A DNA stretch of 64,000 nucleotides from a bacterium (lineage in GTDB: Bacteria; UBA8248), in NCBI GenBank assembly GCA_965207065.1, contig OZ242260.1, positions 928,001-992,000 of the forward strand. Reading direction: 5' to 3'. Shown here one piece after another: positions 1-10,467 of the stretch. The notes below the pieces were generated by a model. It saw only the letters and a program-made list of their open reading frames with translations. It did no database searches and was not told the DNA's origin. Within the stretch, counting starts at the first letter, position 1. Each line of letters opens with the position of its first letter. A program made the translations under genes and the position numbers.

Positions 1-754
1 CCAGTTTCCCCTTTTGAGCCTGGGCCGCGATCCGAAATGCCTCCGGGACCACCGTCTGGGTTTTCCATAAGTCCGCGACATCGTAGACGAACGAACGCGG
101 CTTGCCGGTATGCAGGAACCCGATGGCAGGTGCGTATCCGGCGGCCAGCACCGCCGCTTCCGCGAGACCATTCAAGCAGGCGGTGGCAGCACTCAGACAG
201 CGATTGGGTACGTCGGCGCTGTCCCAATCCGCCGGGTTATAGCGGCGGCGTTTCCACTTCATACCATGCTGCTTGGCAAGCAGATCATAGCTTGCCCGGA
301 CGCGCGCGCCTTCAATGCCGCGCAGTTGCTCAATCGATCGCTTAAGCGGCGCCGCCTCTCCGAAGCGAACGCGGTACATCTCGCGCACTACACGCAACCT
401 CGCCGCCGGGTCGAGAGCGAGCGAAGCCTGCCAAAGCAGCTTGTCGGAACGAGCGCCTCCCGGCTGTCCTGCGGCATAAAGGCGTACTCCGGCCTCGCCG
501 ATCCAGGTCACCAGCGTTCCGGCGCGTGCGGCAAGCGCGACGGCGCTGTGAGAAATGCGCGCCCCCGGTTCGAGCATCAGACACGCCACGCCTCCGACCG
601 GAATATGAATCCGCGTACCGTCGGCATTGATGGCGACGAAGGCTCCGTCTTTCACGTCGAGTTGCGCCCGCTCGATGAATACCATCGCCGCCCGCTCCTT
701 GAGTGGAATGGGTTTTGGAGGAACGGCTCCCGGAAGCGATGTCGATTTAGCCAC
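1..754 (-). CDS. cas1: Type I-E Cas1 endonuclease (3' end runs off window)
   Basis: Not in the ORF track. Manual translation from GTG at 754 gives MAKSTSLPGAVPPKPIPLKERAAMVFIERAQLDVKDGAFV...IPVGGVACLMLEPGARISHSAV...WIGEAGVRLYAAGQPGGARSDKLLWQA, a typical I-E Cas1. Lies 3 bp after the cas6e stop. Confidence 0.95.
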   Translation of the reverse strand, partial: MAKSTSLPGAVPPKPIPLKERAAMVFIERAQLDVKDGAFVAINADGTRIHIPVGGVACLMLEPGARISHSAVALAARAGTLVTWIGEAGVRLYAAGQPGGARSDKLLWQASLALDPAARLRVVREMYRVRFGEAAPLKRSIEQLRGIEGARVRASYDLLAKQHGMKWKRRRYNPADWDSADVPNRCLSAATACLNGLAEAAVLAAGYAPAIGFLHTGKPRSFVYDVADLWKTQTVVPEAFRIAAQAQKGKL

Positions 755-757
755 GAT

Positions 758-1483
758 TCAGGCTCGGCGCACCAGCATCAGACCGCAGCCGTAGGCCTTG
801 GAACGACCGAAACCTGTGAGCAATGCGCTGGTGAAAACCTCAGGCTCCCGGACGGACAAGAGGCCTTTGATATCCATCACGCCGAAGGTTACGTCACCAC
901 CATTCCGACGTTTCAACTTGCAAACCCGGTAATCCTCGACCGCTAATGCATCAACCGAAAACCCCCGACGCTCTCCCTGAGCGGAGAGCCACTCCCGCGC
1001 CGTCTGATTGGCCACATCCATGCGCCGGGCGGAACGGGAATCGGCGCCCGTGCCCCTGCCGATGATCCCCTGCGTATGCATCGCGTGCATGACTATATCA
1101 ACACGGCGATCCTTGCGTGGCCTGCGTCTGGTTCCCGGAGTAACGTCGTCTTGCGGGCCGGAGCGCCGATCCCTGGTGGCGTTGGCCCGCAGGATGAACA
1201 TGAGCCGATCCTTAGCCGCCAATACCGGCGCGAAGGGCTTGGAATCAAGCGGTTCGAACAGGCGCGAGCCCTGTGGTTTGCGGGCCGAGAGAATCAAGAA
1301 CTTGCCTTTGGCGTCGGAGCGCCACAGGAAGTCGCGCTTCGCGTCGGGATCGGGGAACAACGTCCACATCAAGCGGCGATGGGCGTCGAACGCCGCGTCC
1401 CTATCGACCGGGTCGAGCAAGGGTCTGAGCGCATGTTCCGGCGCATTTCGATTGAGCACGGCACGAATCAGGTAATGCGTCAT
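758..1483 (-). CDS. cas6e: Type I-E Cas6e/Cse3 crRNA endoribonuclease
   Basis: N-terminal HRRLMWTLF, LRANAT, C-terminal Gly-rich GFGRSKAYGCGLM loop; ATGA overlap with cas5. Confidence 0.95.
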   Translation of the reverse strand: MTHYLIRAVLNRNAPEHALRPLLDPVDRDAAFDAHRRLMWTLFPDPDAKRDFLWRSDAKGKFLILSARKPQGSRLFEPLDSKPFAPVLAAKDRLMFILRANATRDRRSGPQDDVTPGTRRRPRKDRRVDIVMHAMHTQGIIGRGTGADSRSARRMDVANQTAREWLSAQGERRGFSVDALAVEDYRVCKLKRRNGGDVTFGVMDIKGLLSVREPEVFTSALLTGFGRSKAYGCGLMLVRRA

Positions 1484-2214
1484 GCCTGACCTCCATGTTC
1501 GCTCCCGTGGCCTCCTAGATGCCAGACGGTCCGATCTTCAAAGGACCAGGCTTGGCGATCGACCGGTTCGCTCGGCATCTGCTCTGTCGACGCCGGGCGC
1601 TCAAAGCCGTCGACAGGATCGGAATAGACGAGGTATCGCCCACGCTCTTGTTCGGACCACATTTCGGGGCGCAGCCATTCTGGAATTTCGATGCGAGCCA
1701 GCGCCTCGACCGGCCCCGCCGCCATTACCACGCCAGGGTTGAGGGGATTTGCCGGCGGGCATGACTTGCGACCGAGATAAAGGGGGAACTCCGGGCGCCG
1801 CAGGCGCTCTGCAAAAAGATCGAGCGGCCAGTGGCCATCGCCCCACAGCGTAACACCTACCAGCACGTCGCACCGGTAATCGCGAATGGTGATCATCGTA
1901 TTGACGTCGCGTCCGGCGCGTTCCAGCGCACGCCTTCGGGTCGGGGGCCGTTTGGCCTTCGCCGTCGGAACCGTTTGTACCGTGTGATAATCCCGAAGCG
2001 GCGCCGATTGTTGAAACGGCTGCACGGCTACGGAATACGCGCGAAGCGCCGCCTGACCTTCGGCGTCTGCCCGGTCGATACCCAGCGCCGCGCCGACCAT
2101 TCCCAGCACCGCTGAACGCATGGGGGCCGGCCCGCTACCCCGACGTTCGTGTCCCGCGTAGCCGCCGAATGAAGCCATGGGTCCGGATAGGAGAAACACC
2201 AGGTGCTCACGCAT
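1480..2214 (-). CDS. cas5: Type I-E Cas5/CasD
   Basis: GPMASFG, P.RSAVLG, LRDYHTVQ, R.Y, LYLGRKSCP motifs. Confidence 0.95.
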   Translation of the reverse strand: MREHLVFLLSGPMASFGGYAGHERRGSGPAPMRSAVLGMVGAALGIDRADAEGQAALRAYSVAVQPFQQSAPLRDYHTVQTVPTAKAKRPPTRRRALERAGRDVNTMITIRDYRCDVLVGVTLWGDGHWPLDLFAERLRRPEFPLYLGRKSCPPANPLNPGVVMAAGPVEALARIEIPEWLRPEMWSEQERGRYLVYSDPVDGFERPASTEQMPSEPVDRQAWSFEDRTVWHLGGHGSEHGGQA

Positions 2215-3268
2215 CGCTCACCTTCGCGGCCACGAAGGCCTTGATTTCGGCCAGGGTGCCGGACCCGCTTAGCAGATCCATCTCCGTCGACTCATCAACC
2301 GTGGCGCCGTAGGCCTTGTCGATGGCGTCCGCCGTCTTCTTGAGCCGGTTGATGGATTCGCCGAGAAGGTCCTCCGCATTGACGGGGTTCAGGAACGCTG
2401 CCGCGAGACTTCGCGGTTGCTGGTTTCCGGCTTCCGCGCGAATGTACGAGGCGCGGGTGTGATGACTATAGCTGTTGCGCTTGCCGGACGGACTGGCGGT
2501 GGCGAACGCTTCACTGACCGCCTCAAGCGCTTTTCTCGCCAGCGCTCGATCGCCCGCGAGATTCTCCACCAGCCGGACGGTATCGATGCAGACGTAGAGA
2601 TAGTATACGCCGGACCCGAACCCGGCCTCGCCGACGAACCCCGCGCCCACGTCCTCGGCCGGTTTCTTCAGGTCGTCTGCGGCCGTATAGTAGTCGTCCT
2701 CGACCTCGGCCCGATGAGTGGTGATGGCGTGTGAGACCTGCACCGCCGCTTCACGGTTGAAATCCGGCGCATCGGCCAGCATGCGTCCGAACATGGCGAT
2801 GTCGACCGCCCCGTCGGCGGTGCGGAGGATTTTTTCTTCCTTGTCGAGAGACTCTCCGGCCAGGGCACGCTCGGCCATCTTCATGGCTGCCTGCCGTTCG
2901 TCGGGCGAGATGAACGCCAACTGCCTGATGCGGACATGGTCTGGATTCTTCTCCGATGCAGCTGTGTCGAACTTGCCGAATATCTGGGCTACCTCTTGGG
3001 CGATTTCGCGGGCCTTCTCGTCATCCGCTCCCCGTTCGCGCAGATGTTCTATCACCGCGTCGCCGAGACGCTGGGTGCGCTCTCCCATATTGTCTTTCAA
3101 AGCCTCGGACATGGCGGACGAGAGGCGGGCCGATCGCTTCAAGGACTGCGACGACAGCCGGAGCCGATGAACGCCCCCGTAGATTGCCGTCTTCGGGCGG
3201 CCCATGTCGTCTCGGTTGGGGTTCGAGGGCGGATATACCGTCAGAAAGTGAAGTTGCACGAAGCGCAT
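2207..3268 (-). CDS. cas7: Type I-E Cas7/Cse4
   Basis: PSNPNRDDMGRPKTA, RLSSQSLKR, DIAMFGRMLA, AAVQVSHAITTH, DYYTAADD. Start moved to ATG 3268 (TAATG overlap with cse2). Confidence 0.96.
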   Translation of the reverse strand: MRFVQLHFLTVYPPSNPNRDDMGRPKTAIYGGVHRLRLSSQSLKRSARLSSAMSEALKDNMGERTQRLGDAVIEHLRERGADDEKAREIAQEVAQIFGKFDTAASEKNPDHVRIRQLAFISPDERQAAMKMAERALAGESLDKEEKILRTADGAVDIAMFGRMLADAPDFNREAAVQVSHAITTHRAEVEDDYYTAADDLKKPAEDVGAGFVGEAGFGSGVYYLYVCIDTVRLVENLAGDRALARKALEAVSEAFATASPSGKRNSYSHHTRASYIRAEAGNQQPRSLAAAFLNPVNAEDLLGESINRLKKTADAIDKAYGATVDESTEMDLLSGSGTLAEIKAFVAAKVSDA

Positions 3269-3780
3269 TATGTCACAGTCTCCTCTTGGTTGATTTCGGC
3301 GTACTCGGCGCCGAAGTATTGAAAACACCATCGGTTGCGGACCCCGCCGTTCCAGTAGTAGAGATCTTCAGCCAGCGCGTGTCCGTTACAGGCGGGATTG
3401 GCGCCCAGAACAGAGAGGGAACGACGAAGCGGCGTCATCAAATCGCGTCGCGAGCGAATGCGGATCAGCGACTGGAACCGCAGTTCGCTGAGCGTGCGCG
3501 GCCCATCCTTCATCGTCTGTCTGCCGAGCAGGACCGCCAACCTCTCGTCGTCGACGCCCGCGAGCCGGGCAAAGACCGTGGCGAGAAGCGCAAGTTGATC
3601 ACTCGTCGGGTTTTGCTCAAGCCTTTTCAGCCTCGCGTTGAGGTCGTGTGTTTCTGCGACCGCAAGCGCTTCAGCCGGCGATTCACAGCGTCTCAGCTGC
3701 GCGCGCGCGGCCCGCGCCTGACCATCGTCACGGCCCAGCGTAGAGCGCCACCATTCGATAACGATCCGACCGACACTCAT
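3268..3780 (-). CDS. cse2: Type I-E Cse2/CasB (Cas11)
   Basis: WW..L...RAQLRR and LSELRFQSL motifs, C-terminal W..QYF; position between cse1 and cas7. Confidence 0.9.
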   Translation of the reverse strand: MSVGRIVIEWWRSTLGRDDGQARAARAQLRRCESPAEALAVAETHDLNARLKRLEQNPTSDQLALLATVFARLAGVDDERLAVLLGRQTMKDGPRTLSELRFQSLIRIRSRRDLMTPLRRSLSVLGANPACNGHALAEDLYYWNGGVRNRWCFQYFGAEYAEINQEETVT

Positions 3781-5288
3781 GCCTGTTTTTCCTTCTTCTT
3801 CTTGGCGGGAACGGGCAGGTCCAGCAGTTTGCGAACCTGTTTTGCCAGCATACCCAACAACTTGCTTCGGGCGATGACGCGAGCTTCGATACCTTTGATG
3901 TCGTGGTCAATCAGACCACCAAGGGCGCGCTCGTCGAACATGCGAACCGCCTGCTTTCTGAGGGTTCGATGCCATGCCTCCTCGACTTCGGTACCTGCGC
4001 TATCGATGATCCTTCGAACCGCCGCTATGAATTCCCCTTCGGTTTCGGCAAAGAAGGTCTCAATGACTGCGTCGGCGAATTTGCCGTCGAATTGGCAGGC
4101 GGTCCTGAGTGCCTTTCGAAGGGCGCTCGTAGCGGCGTTCGCTGCCTCCACCAACTGGCGAACCCGATCTACTTCGTCCTCGCCCAGACCCGGAAACGCA
4201 GGGTATTGGTCGAGCGAAAAATCGAGGGGCTTCATGTTGTCCATCGCCCAGCCGCCGACCACGAGTTCGAAGTCCGGCCCTCGAAAACGGCTGCGGCACT
4301 CACGGACGGCTCTGGCGGTGCGCCGGGTCGCTTTCCCATCACCAGCTGGTTCCATCGTGAGCCCTAGCCAGTTCCGGTAACTGAGACGCCCGGCCCTGGG
4401 GTGTACCGGCAGCCATTCGGGGTCGTCTTCCTTCTTTCGGTAGTATGGCGTCAGTGGGTGTTCCCATGCTGCGTAGTTTGTCCCGTGGATCTTTTGGACC
4501 ACGCCTATCACCCGCTCTTCCTTGAATACCAACCGCAACCGCCGAGGCATTCCAAAGAACGTCTCCAGTGAATGCGTTCCTTCCTGGGTCACGATTTGGT
4601 CGTTCTCTGATGTCCGCGTTGGACGGAGCCAGGGTAGCGCGGCTTCCGCATCCTTCGCCGCAAGAGGTGCTCCGGGCAGGACGTTGGCGAAGACCTGCCG
4701 CCATAACGAGAATCGTTCGCCTTTCTCGTCAAGGGGCCGAACTAGCGTCACCATAGGTCCGCCGCCACGCATGGAAGTCCGGTTGCCCGCACCACCGGCT
4801 GGCGCGAACGCCTGGAGCGTGTAGAGCGCCATAGCGGCCTCTGCCGGCGAGAGAGTCAGGAACCGGTCACGCTTGACCATGAGATCGGCGTTCTTGGAAG
4901 TGGTCGAGCCGCCGGCCGAATCTATGTACAGCCTATCCACCGGCTTGATGTCGGAAGGTTTCGCCACCAGCTCGAAAGCTTCCATATCCTGAAGAAAGCG
5001 CGGTCCATCTACGTCAAGCGCAAAGCAGGGAGCGAAAGGAATCAGCGCTTCGCGGAGTCGCTCGGCGTCGGGTCGGCCGAGGCGGGAGAGCCAGTCGGCT
5101 TCGTCTTTCGGCGGGTCCGCCATCGAGACCAGCCCGATCAGGAGTTCGAGACATGCGAGGTTGAAATCCGCTCTCTGCCAGGCAAGGGCGCCGACACCGG
5201 GCTCGGCAATCTGATCGGGGCGAATGACGACATGCTCCCCATCCCGGAGGGAGGGAATCCATGGATCCGTAATGATGTTCAACGACAT
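3777..5288 (-). CDS. cse1: Type I-E Cse1/CasA (Cas8e)
   Basis: N-terminal NIITDPWIP, GPRFLQD, TLQAFAPAGGAGNRTSMRGGGP, FFGMPRR, WEHPLTPY. Confidence 0.93.
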   Translation of the reverse strand: MSLNIITDPWIPSLRDGEHVVIRPDQIAEPGVGALAWQRADFNLACLELLIGLVSMADPPKDEADWLSRLGRPDAERLREALIPFAPCFALDVDGPRFLQDMEAFELVAKPSDIKPVDRLYIDSAGGSTTSKNADLMVKRDRFLTLSPAEAAMALYTLQAFAPAGGAGNRTSMRGGGPMVTLVRPLDEKGERFSLWRQVFANVLPGAPLAAKDAEAALPWLRPTRTSENDQIVTQEGTHSLETFFGMPRRLRLVFKEERVIGVVQKIHGTNYAAWEHPLTPYYRKKEDDPEWLPVHPRAGRLSYRNWLGLTMEPAGDGKATRRTARAVRECRSRFRGPDFELVVGGWAMDNMKPLDFSLDQYPAFPGLGEDEVDRVRQLVEAANAATSALRKALRTACQFDGKFADAVIETFFAETEGEFIAAVRRIIDSAGTEVEEAWHRTLRKQAVRMFDERALGGLIDHDIKGIEARVIARSKLLGMLAKQVRKLLDLPVPAKKKKEKQA

Positions 5289-5372
5289 CGGGGCGCTCCG
5301 GGCACGATAGCTGTAAGAATGCTGTAGGTTGACTCGTAACGTGCAAATTCGTGAAAAAGCGGAAAAGCTTTG

Positions 5373-7904
5373 TCAGGATGAATTGCAGGTAGCACGTATT
5401 CTGAGTCCTCGACCAAGGTCGTATAACATCCCTTCGCCGATTCTGCCGGATTTGTCAACCGGGCAGACATGGCAGACCTCGCGCCGCCATTCGGGCCAAT
5501 CTTTCTTGACGGCGCGTATTTCCGGCGCTTCCTGAGCAGGCAACAGGCGCTCGAATCGCTTGCGCGCGGCGGACACCTCCGACAAGGCCCAGGCCACAGC
5601 CTGATAATCATCTCCAGCCCACGGGATCAAACGGTTTCCCTCGCTTCGCGCCAGCGTCATCGTCACTTGAAGCTCCCCGAGACGCGTCGGAAACAACGCG
5701 TCATTTCCGACCGATCCGCGGGTTCCGGTGAGATAGCCGGCCGCTCCTTCCACCACGTTGACCTGCGCCAGTCCCGTCTCGGCCATCACTTCGCCATCGG
5801 CCCTTAGTTGAGCCTCCTCGAGTAACTTGGGGACCTGCAATTCCTCCTCCCCGTGTACGGCCTCGATCAATGTGCGAAGTCCCCTGGGCGCGACGATCTC
5901 GCCCGCCTCGAATAGGGCCTTCGCCGTCCGCCACTGGTGGTCGAGACGATAAACCCAAGCCCCCCGGTCGAGCGCGTCGTGAAGCCAGTCGTCTCCCTCC
6001 ACCTTCTCCGGATCCGGTGAAACTACGTGCAAAGTAGGGCCGGGAAGCGGGCGAGCGGTCTCGGGACGCACATCCATATGCCGCCAAAGCCTGCCCGCTC
6101 TTTGGATCAGCGAGCCAATCGGCGCGAGATCAGAGACCATCACGTCGAAGTCGAGGTCGAGCGACGCCTCGACCACCTGCGTGGCGACCAGTACCCGACC
6201 TGCGCGTCCGGACCCGTTCTTTCCGAATCGACTCAGCAGCGCTTCTTCGTGGCGCAGCCGGTCGACCATCGCGAAACGGGCATGGAGCAGGTCTACATTC
6301 ACACCCCGCCGCTTCAACGCCTCGGCCGCCTCGATGGCGTCATCAACGGCGTTACGGACCCATACGCATGCCGCCCCCCTTTCAGCCGCCTCCTGTAGCA
6401 GGTCCATTGCATCATCTGCTCCCGGAAGCCGGACGACCGCGACGTTCCGAACACTCTCGGCCAGGGGCTCGACGACTCGGCTGGACAACCCGTGACCGAC
6501 GAGATGTAAGCCGGGATAGTCCATTGTAGAGAGGTCTGCCGCTTCCGCCTCCATTCCTTCCTGGAACGCATCGACGTACGCCCTTCGCATCGTCAGCGGC
6601 AGGGTCGCGGTCATCAGGATGGCCGAGCCGCCGAGTCGGGCCTGCATTCTTAGCAAAGTCTCCAATTGCTTTTGCATGTAAGGATCGTAGCTGTGGGCTT
6701 CATCGACGATGAGCACCTTGTCCGCCAGTCCGAACAACCTGAGCGTCGAGAAGCGGGTGGGGAGGATGCCGAGTAGCGCCTGATCCACCGTCCCGACTCC
6801 CACTGTCGCCAGCAACGACCGTCGGCGGTTGTCCGTAAGCCAGGCGGCGCCATCGGCTTCCGGAGTGCTATCGTGACTTGCTCCGCTTAAGCCCCGAACG
6901 GCTTCGCTCAACCTAGCCCGGCTGTGCGTCAGCACCACCGACGGCGAAGACTCGAACAACTCCGGCGTGATCCTAATCATGCGCTCGAACATGGCATTGG
7001 AAGTAGCCATCGTAGGGAGCGCAAAAAACAACCCGCGCGCCTTCCCCGCTGCCATCATGCGATGCGCCAGAATCAGAGCCGCTTCGGTCTTTCCGGTGCC
7101 GGTCGCATCTTCGAGAACGGCCAGTTGAGGTCCTTCCTCCAGTTCAATCTCTAGTGCCGCCTGTTGCATCGGCCGCAACTCGCTCAATCCGACAAGCGCA
7201 CCCTCGTTGCTCGACGCCGGGCAGGAAGGGTCAAGACCCGCTGCAGCAACCGCACGAACGGCTCGGCGGCGCGATTCTGCATGCTCAGCTTTAATATCGC
7301 CAACACCCGGCTCGACCGGGAACCAGCCGGTATTCGAACCCACCCAGTCGGCGGCAACTGTGAGGCCACTCAACGCCCAACCGAGCGCCTTGGCGTCATC
7401 GACCGTCATGCCTTCCAGCGACGCATCCGGGAACAACTCCATCAGTCGAGAGTTCCATTCCAACGCCGCCTCTTTGCCCTTGCCGACGGCGCGCTTCCGC
7501 TTGCGTCTCTCGTGTCGGCTGCCACCCGCCCGCGTCGGCGGTTGTCCGTGATGTCCGGCCACGGCAGCATACAACTCGGCGCGCACCCATTCATCGGCGC
7601 CGAGTCTGTTCAGGGTCTCATCCAGAACTCCGCAGAGCAAGAAATCCGAGAGTTGCCAATGAAGCGGCGCTCCCAGCTCTCCGTCCCGAATGAGGGCCCG
7701 GAAACTCTCGGACAGCTTGCCGACGTCGTGGAGTGTGATCAGTACCACCAGCGCGCGGCGCTGAGCCTCGGTGAGTCCGCGGAACGCCACGTGCCCGTCG
7801 ATCAGTAGTTCGGCGCACGCAGCCACGTCCAGCATGTGCAGGACCGCCGGGCGCTCGTTGCCTTGGTTGTCCGACTTGCCCGGCCAATCGAATATGGAGT
7901 CCAT
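5373..7904 (-). CDS. cas3: Cas3 HD nuclease/SF2 helicase
   Basis: HMLDVA and LHDVGK (HD domain), ADW, TGTGKTEAA, DEAH, MTAT, ATQVVEASLDLD, QRAGRLWRH. Confidence 0.97.
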   Translation of the reverse strand: MDSIFDWPGKSDNQGNERPAVLHMLDVAACAELLIDGHVAFRGLTEAQRRALVVLITLHDVGKLSESFRALIRDGELGAPLHWQLSDFLLCGVLDETLNRLGADEWVRAELYAAVAGHHGQPPTRAGGSRHERRKRKRAVGKGKEAALEWNSRLMELFPDASLEGMTVDDAKALGWALSGLTVAADWVGSNTGWFPVEPGVGDIKAEHAESRRRAVRAVAAAGLDPSCPASSNEGALVGLSELRPMQQAALEIELEEGPQLAVLEDATGTGKTEAALILAHRMMAAGKARGLFFALPTMATSNAMFERMIRITPELFESSPSVVLTHSRARLSEAVRGLSGASHDSTPEADGAAWLTDNRRRSLLATVGVGTVDQALLGILPTRFSTLRLFGLADKVLIVDEAHSYDPYMQKQLETLLRMQARLGGSAILMTATLPLTMRRAYVDAFQEGMEAEAADLSTMDYPGLHLVGHGLSSRVVEPLAESVRNVAVVRLPGADDAMDLLQEAAERGAACVWVRNAVDDAIEAAEALKRRGVNVDLLHARFAMVDRLRHEEALLSRFGKNGSGRAGRVLVATQVVEASLDLDFDVMVSDLAPIGSLIQRAGRLWRHMDVRPETARPLPGPTLHVVSPDPEKVEGDDWLHDALDRGAWVYRLDHQWRTAKALFEAGEIVAPRGLRTLIEAVHGEEELQVPKLLEEAQLRADGEVMAETGLAQVNVVEGAAGYLTGTRGSVGNDALFPTRLGELQVTMTLARSEGNRLIPWAGDDYQAVAWALSEVSAARKRFERLLPAQEAPEIRAVKKDWPEWRREVCHVCPVDKSGRIGEGMLYDLGRGLRIRATCNSS

Positions 7905-8093
7905 CTGTTATCCCCATTGGATGAAAGATATCCTGTGTCCCAGATATTAGCAGGGCAGAGCAATGAAACAATCTGCACGGTTGTCATTGCGTCGCCTTTG
8001 TCCTTGATGCGATAAATCTGCAAATAAGGCTTATTGGCGAAGTTCGCGCATTATAAATATTTTCGGGCTGGAATCTGAAGGAGAAACCCAGCA

Positions 8094-8711
8094 ATGTTGT
8101 TTTCAGGATTTGACGAGGCGGTAGTGGTCGATCTTGAAACCACGGGCCTTGATCCGCAACGCGACAGGGTGGTTTCCATAGCCATGATACGCTCACGCTT
8201 CGCTGATTTGAAAAGAAATTCAGACATGCTGGAAGCGAAAACCATGCATGCCTTGGTTCACCCACAGCGGCGCATTCCTACCGAAGCCTCGCGGGTGAAT
8301 GGAATAACCGATGAGGATGTAACGGATAAGCCGCCTTTTGCCGAAATCGCCAAGCTTCTTCGGGATTTCATTGGTGAATATCCGATCATTGCCCATAATG
8401 TATCCTTCGACAGGAAATTTTTGAACGCCGAATTCAGGAGGGCCGGCGTAATAACTTTGGCTCGCAACAGGAGTTTCTGTACGATGCGGAAATTTCAGGA
8501 ACTCAATCCTGGACGGAGAAAGAGTCTTGATGACGTAGCCAACTCGATGGGGGTCAAGGGGAGAGCCGGCCCCAAGCATGGCGCTATCGAGGATACACGG
8601 ATTACGTGGGAGATTGCAGCCCGATTCTACATGATGGATCATGGGTTGAATGCGACCATTACCGGCTGGAGTCCTACTTCCGGGGCAGATTTCCCTTTCC
8701 AGGATCAATAA
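8094..8711 (+). CDS. DEDDh 3'-5' exonuclease (DnaQ/epsilon-like), stand-alone
   Basis: DLETTG (ExoI), HNVSFD (ExoII), HGAIED (ExoIII); AAGGAG RBS upstream. Confidence 0.9.
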   Translation: MLFSGFDEAVVVDLETTGLDPQRDRVVSIAMIRSRFADLKRNSDMLEAKTMHALVHPQRRIPTEASRVNGITDEDVTDKPPFAEIAKLLRDFIGEYPIIAHNVSFDRKFLNAEFRRAGVITLARNRSFCTMRKFQELNPGRRKSLDDVANSMGVKGRAGPKHGAIEDTRITWEIAARFYMMDHGLNATITGWSPTSGADFPFQDQ

Positions 8712-9089
8712 TGTGAAGCTTCTCTCTCCCGATTGTAAACGTTCACTTAAGCCGTGATAGCAATACCCCAGCAGCGGTAGTTCGAAGTCAGTCCGTACTT
8801 AACTAGTCAGCGCTAATGCTTTCGGCACCATCTAATTCAGCAAAATATCCAAGCACTTGCGGTCCATGGTGAAGCCCACTTCGTCACGGCTTCGATAAAC
8901 GTTTACTCCCGATTACCGACGCAGACCCGCCAGGCTACGCAGGAGTTGTAATTCGCCCGCATCCGATTTGATTACGTATCGCAAATAACCGAATCTCGGC
9001 TGAAACTCAAAAAAACCAATACCCACAATATTTTCAACAAACTACAAAGACTTCACGCCCGCTGAAAACCCCCCGCTGTCTGTAAACGG

Positions 9090-9445
9090 GCGAAAGCCGC
9101 CGACTGCATGGCGAGAGACTAGGAGGAGTTGCTCGCCATCTATGATTTCCCAGCGGCGAACTGACAGAGCCTGCGGACTACGAATTCCATGGAGTCGACC
9201 TTCGCTGCGATACGGCTGCGAACGGCAAAGATGAGAAACTACCTAAGCGCGAAGACGTCACTGTGCCTCGTGTATCAACTCGCCATGAGCATCCAGAAGC
9301 GATGGCGCCACCTAAGCGACTTCTCTGTCAGCTTGCCTGCTTGCTAGCCGATGTGAAGTACATCAATTGGGTGGACGAAAGAGAAACGGGCAGGAGGGCC
9401 GCCGCTCTATTCACGACGCTCGCACACCGGATTTGACAATAGCTC
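9090..9445 (+). mobile_element. IS256-family transposase remnant (C-terminal part plus one end), pseudogenised
   Basis: Manual translation AKAADCMARD*EELLAIYDFPAAN*QSLRTTNSMESTFAAIRLRT...KRWRHL resembles the IS256 YDFPAEHW.HLRTTNPIES motif, with two in-frame stops. Ends in IS256-like CACCGGATTTGACAATAGCTC. Confidence 0.8.
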
Positions 9446-9566
9446 TAATGTTGTATTTTGCTAGATTGATAAATGTGGAACCAAGATCTTCCAGGTTATC
9501 TCAAAACAACACTTATATTTTCGAAAGCTTAAAGTTTTTTGACAATGTCTAACGAGGGAGAAAAAA

Positions 9567-9758
9567 GTGGATCATTCAAAACTCAATCTTCAGGAACTCG
9601 AAGGCATCAGACTCCTCAGGAAGCGGATTTCAACAGCCAAGATTCCCAGTTCATCACTAGATGAGACCATGAATATTTGTACTTGGAACATAAGACATTG
9701 GGGACAAAAACGGCGGATGCGATTTTCGCGCATCGTGGGGCATCCCAGGTCTCGCTGA
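9567..9758 (+). pseudogene. N-terminal fragment of an endonuclease/exonuclease/phosphatase (EEP) family protein
   Basis: ETMNICTWNIRHWG matches the first EEP strand motif (xTWNI); stops after 63 aa; GAGGGAG RBS. Confidence 0.55.
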
Positions 9759-9969
9759 ATAAACGGGCTGTTTACAAACTCATTTCAGCAGGAATGCACC
9801 GCCTTATTCAATTCAGTCGTACACCAGATCCGACAGCAACTCATTGAGACATACACGGATTTCAGGAGAGAGAATGCCGGGGCTAATCAACTCACTACCG
9901 CTAATACGGCGCACTTTTCTAGGTATGGGGATTTATTCCAAAGGAACAACCAGCCAGTCAGGGAACTGT

Positions 9970-10467
9970 TTACTGACTAATTTTCCATGTCATTGATTTA
10001 TAACATAAATTGCCCATTTGATATTTGAATCTCAGGAATGCTTTCTCATTTCCCAATAAATCGGCATTTGTGTAAGCCTTGGCGCATATAGCTCTAATAT
10101 TTCGTTGATCTTCAGATGCATCATTCCTATATTTTGAAGCAAGTGAATAACTGACAATCAATGAAATCGAGAGTGCTGCAGCTCCAAACGATGCTATAAG
10201 TCCCTTCGAGCTATCAACTCCAAACAAGTATATCGCAACTCCTCCGAGCAATCCCAAAAACGCAGGTATAATGTCTCCTACCGCCGCTGTTCGGCTCATT
10301 CCCCCTGCAATACCGGCAGAAGCTCCGACCAAGGCAAGCGCACTAAGCATTACGATAATGATTCTCCACTTTTCTTTCTCAACAACTAAGGAAATCACAA
10401 ATGGCAACAGCGCACCTAATAATGCTGCTAATACAAACCGCCAAGCAATTTCATAATAGAAATTCAT
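9970..10467 (-). CDS. Hypothetical membrane protein (~4 TM)
   Basis: Four hydrophobic Gly/Ala-rich segments; low GC; ATGA overlap with the upstream gene. Confidence 0.75.
   Translation of the reverse strand: MNFYYEIAWRFVLAALLGALLPFVISLVVEKEKWRIIIVMLSALALVGASAGIAGGMSRTAAVGDIIPAFLGLLGGVAIYLFGVDSSKGLIASFGAAALSISLIVSYSLASKYRNDASEDQRNIRAICAKAYTNADLLGNEKAFLRFKYQMGNLCYKSMTWKISQ

Noticed and set aside
110-946. 278-aa plus-strand ORF
   Set aside because: Antisense shadow of cas1/cas6e.
7905-9560. CRISPR array or mini-array near cas3
   Set aside because: No repeated GTTCCCCGC-type unit or regular repeat-spacer period was found. The array is probably beyond cas1/cas2, left of the window.
9748-9792. 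GGTCTCGCTGAATAA...TTTCAGCAGG as an IS/MITE end truncating the EEP gene
   Set aside because: Short, imperfect, single copy, with no transposase evidence.
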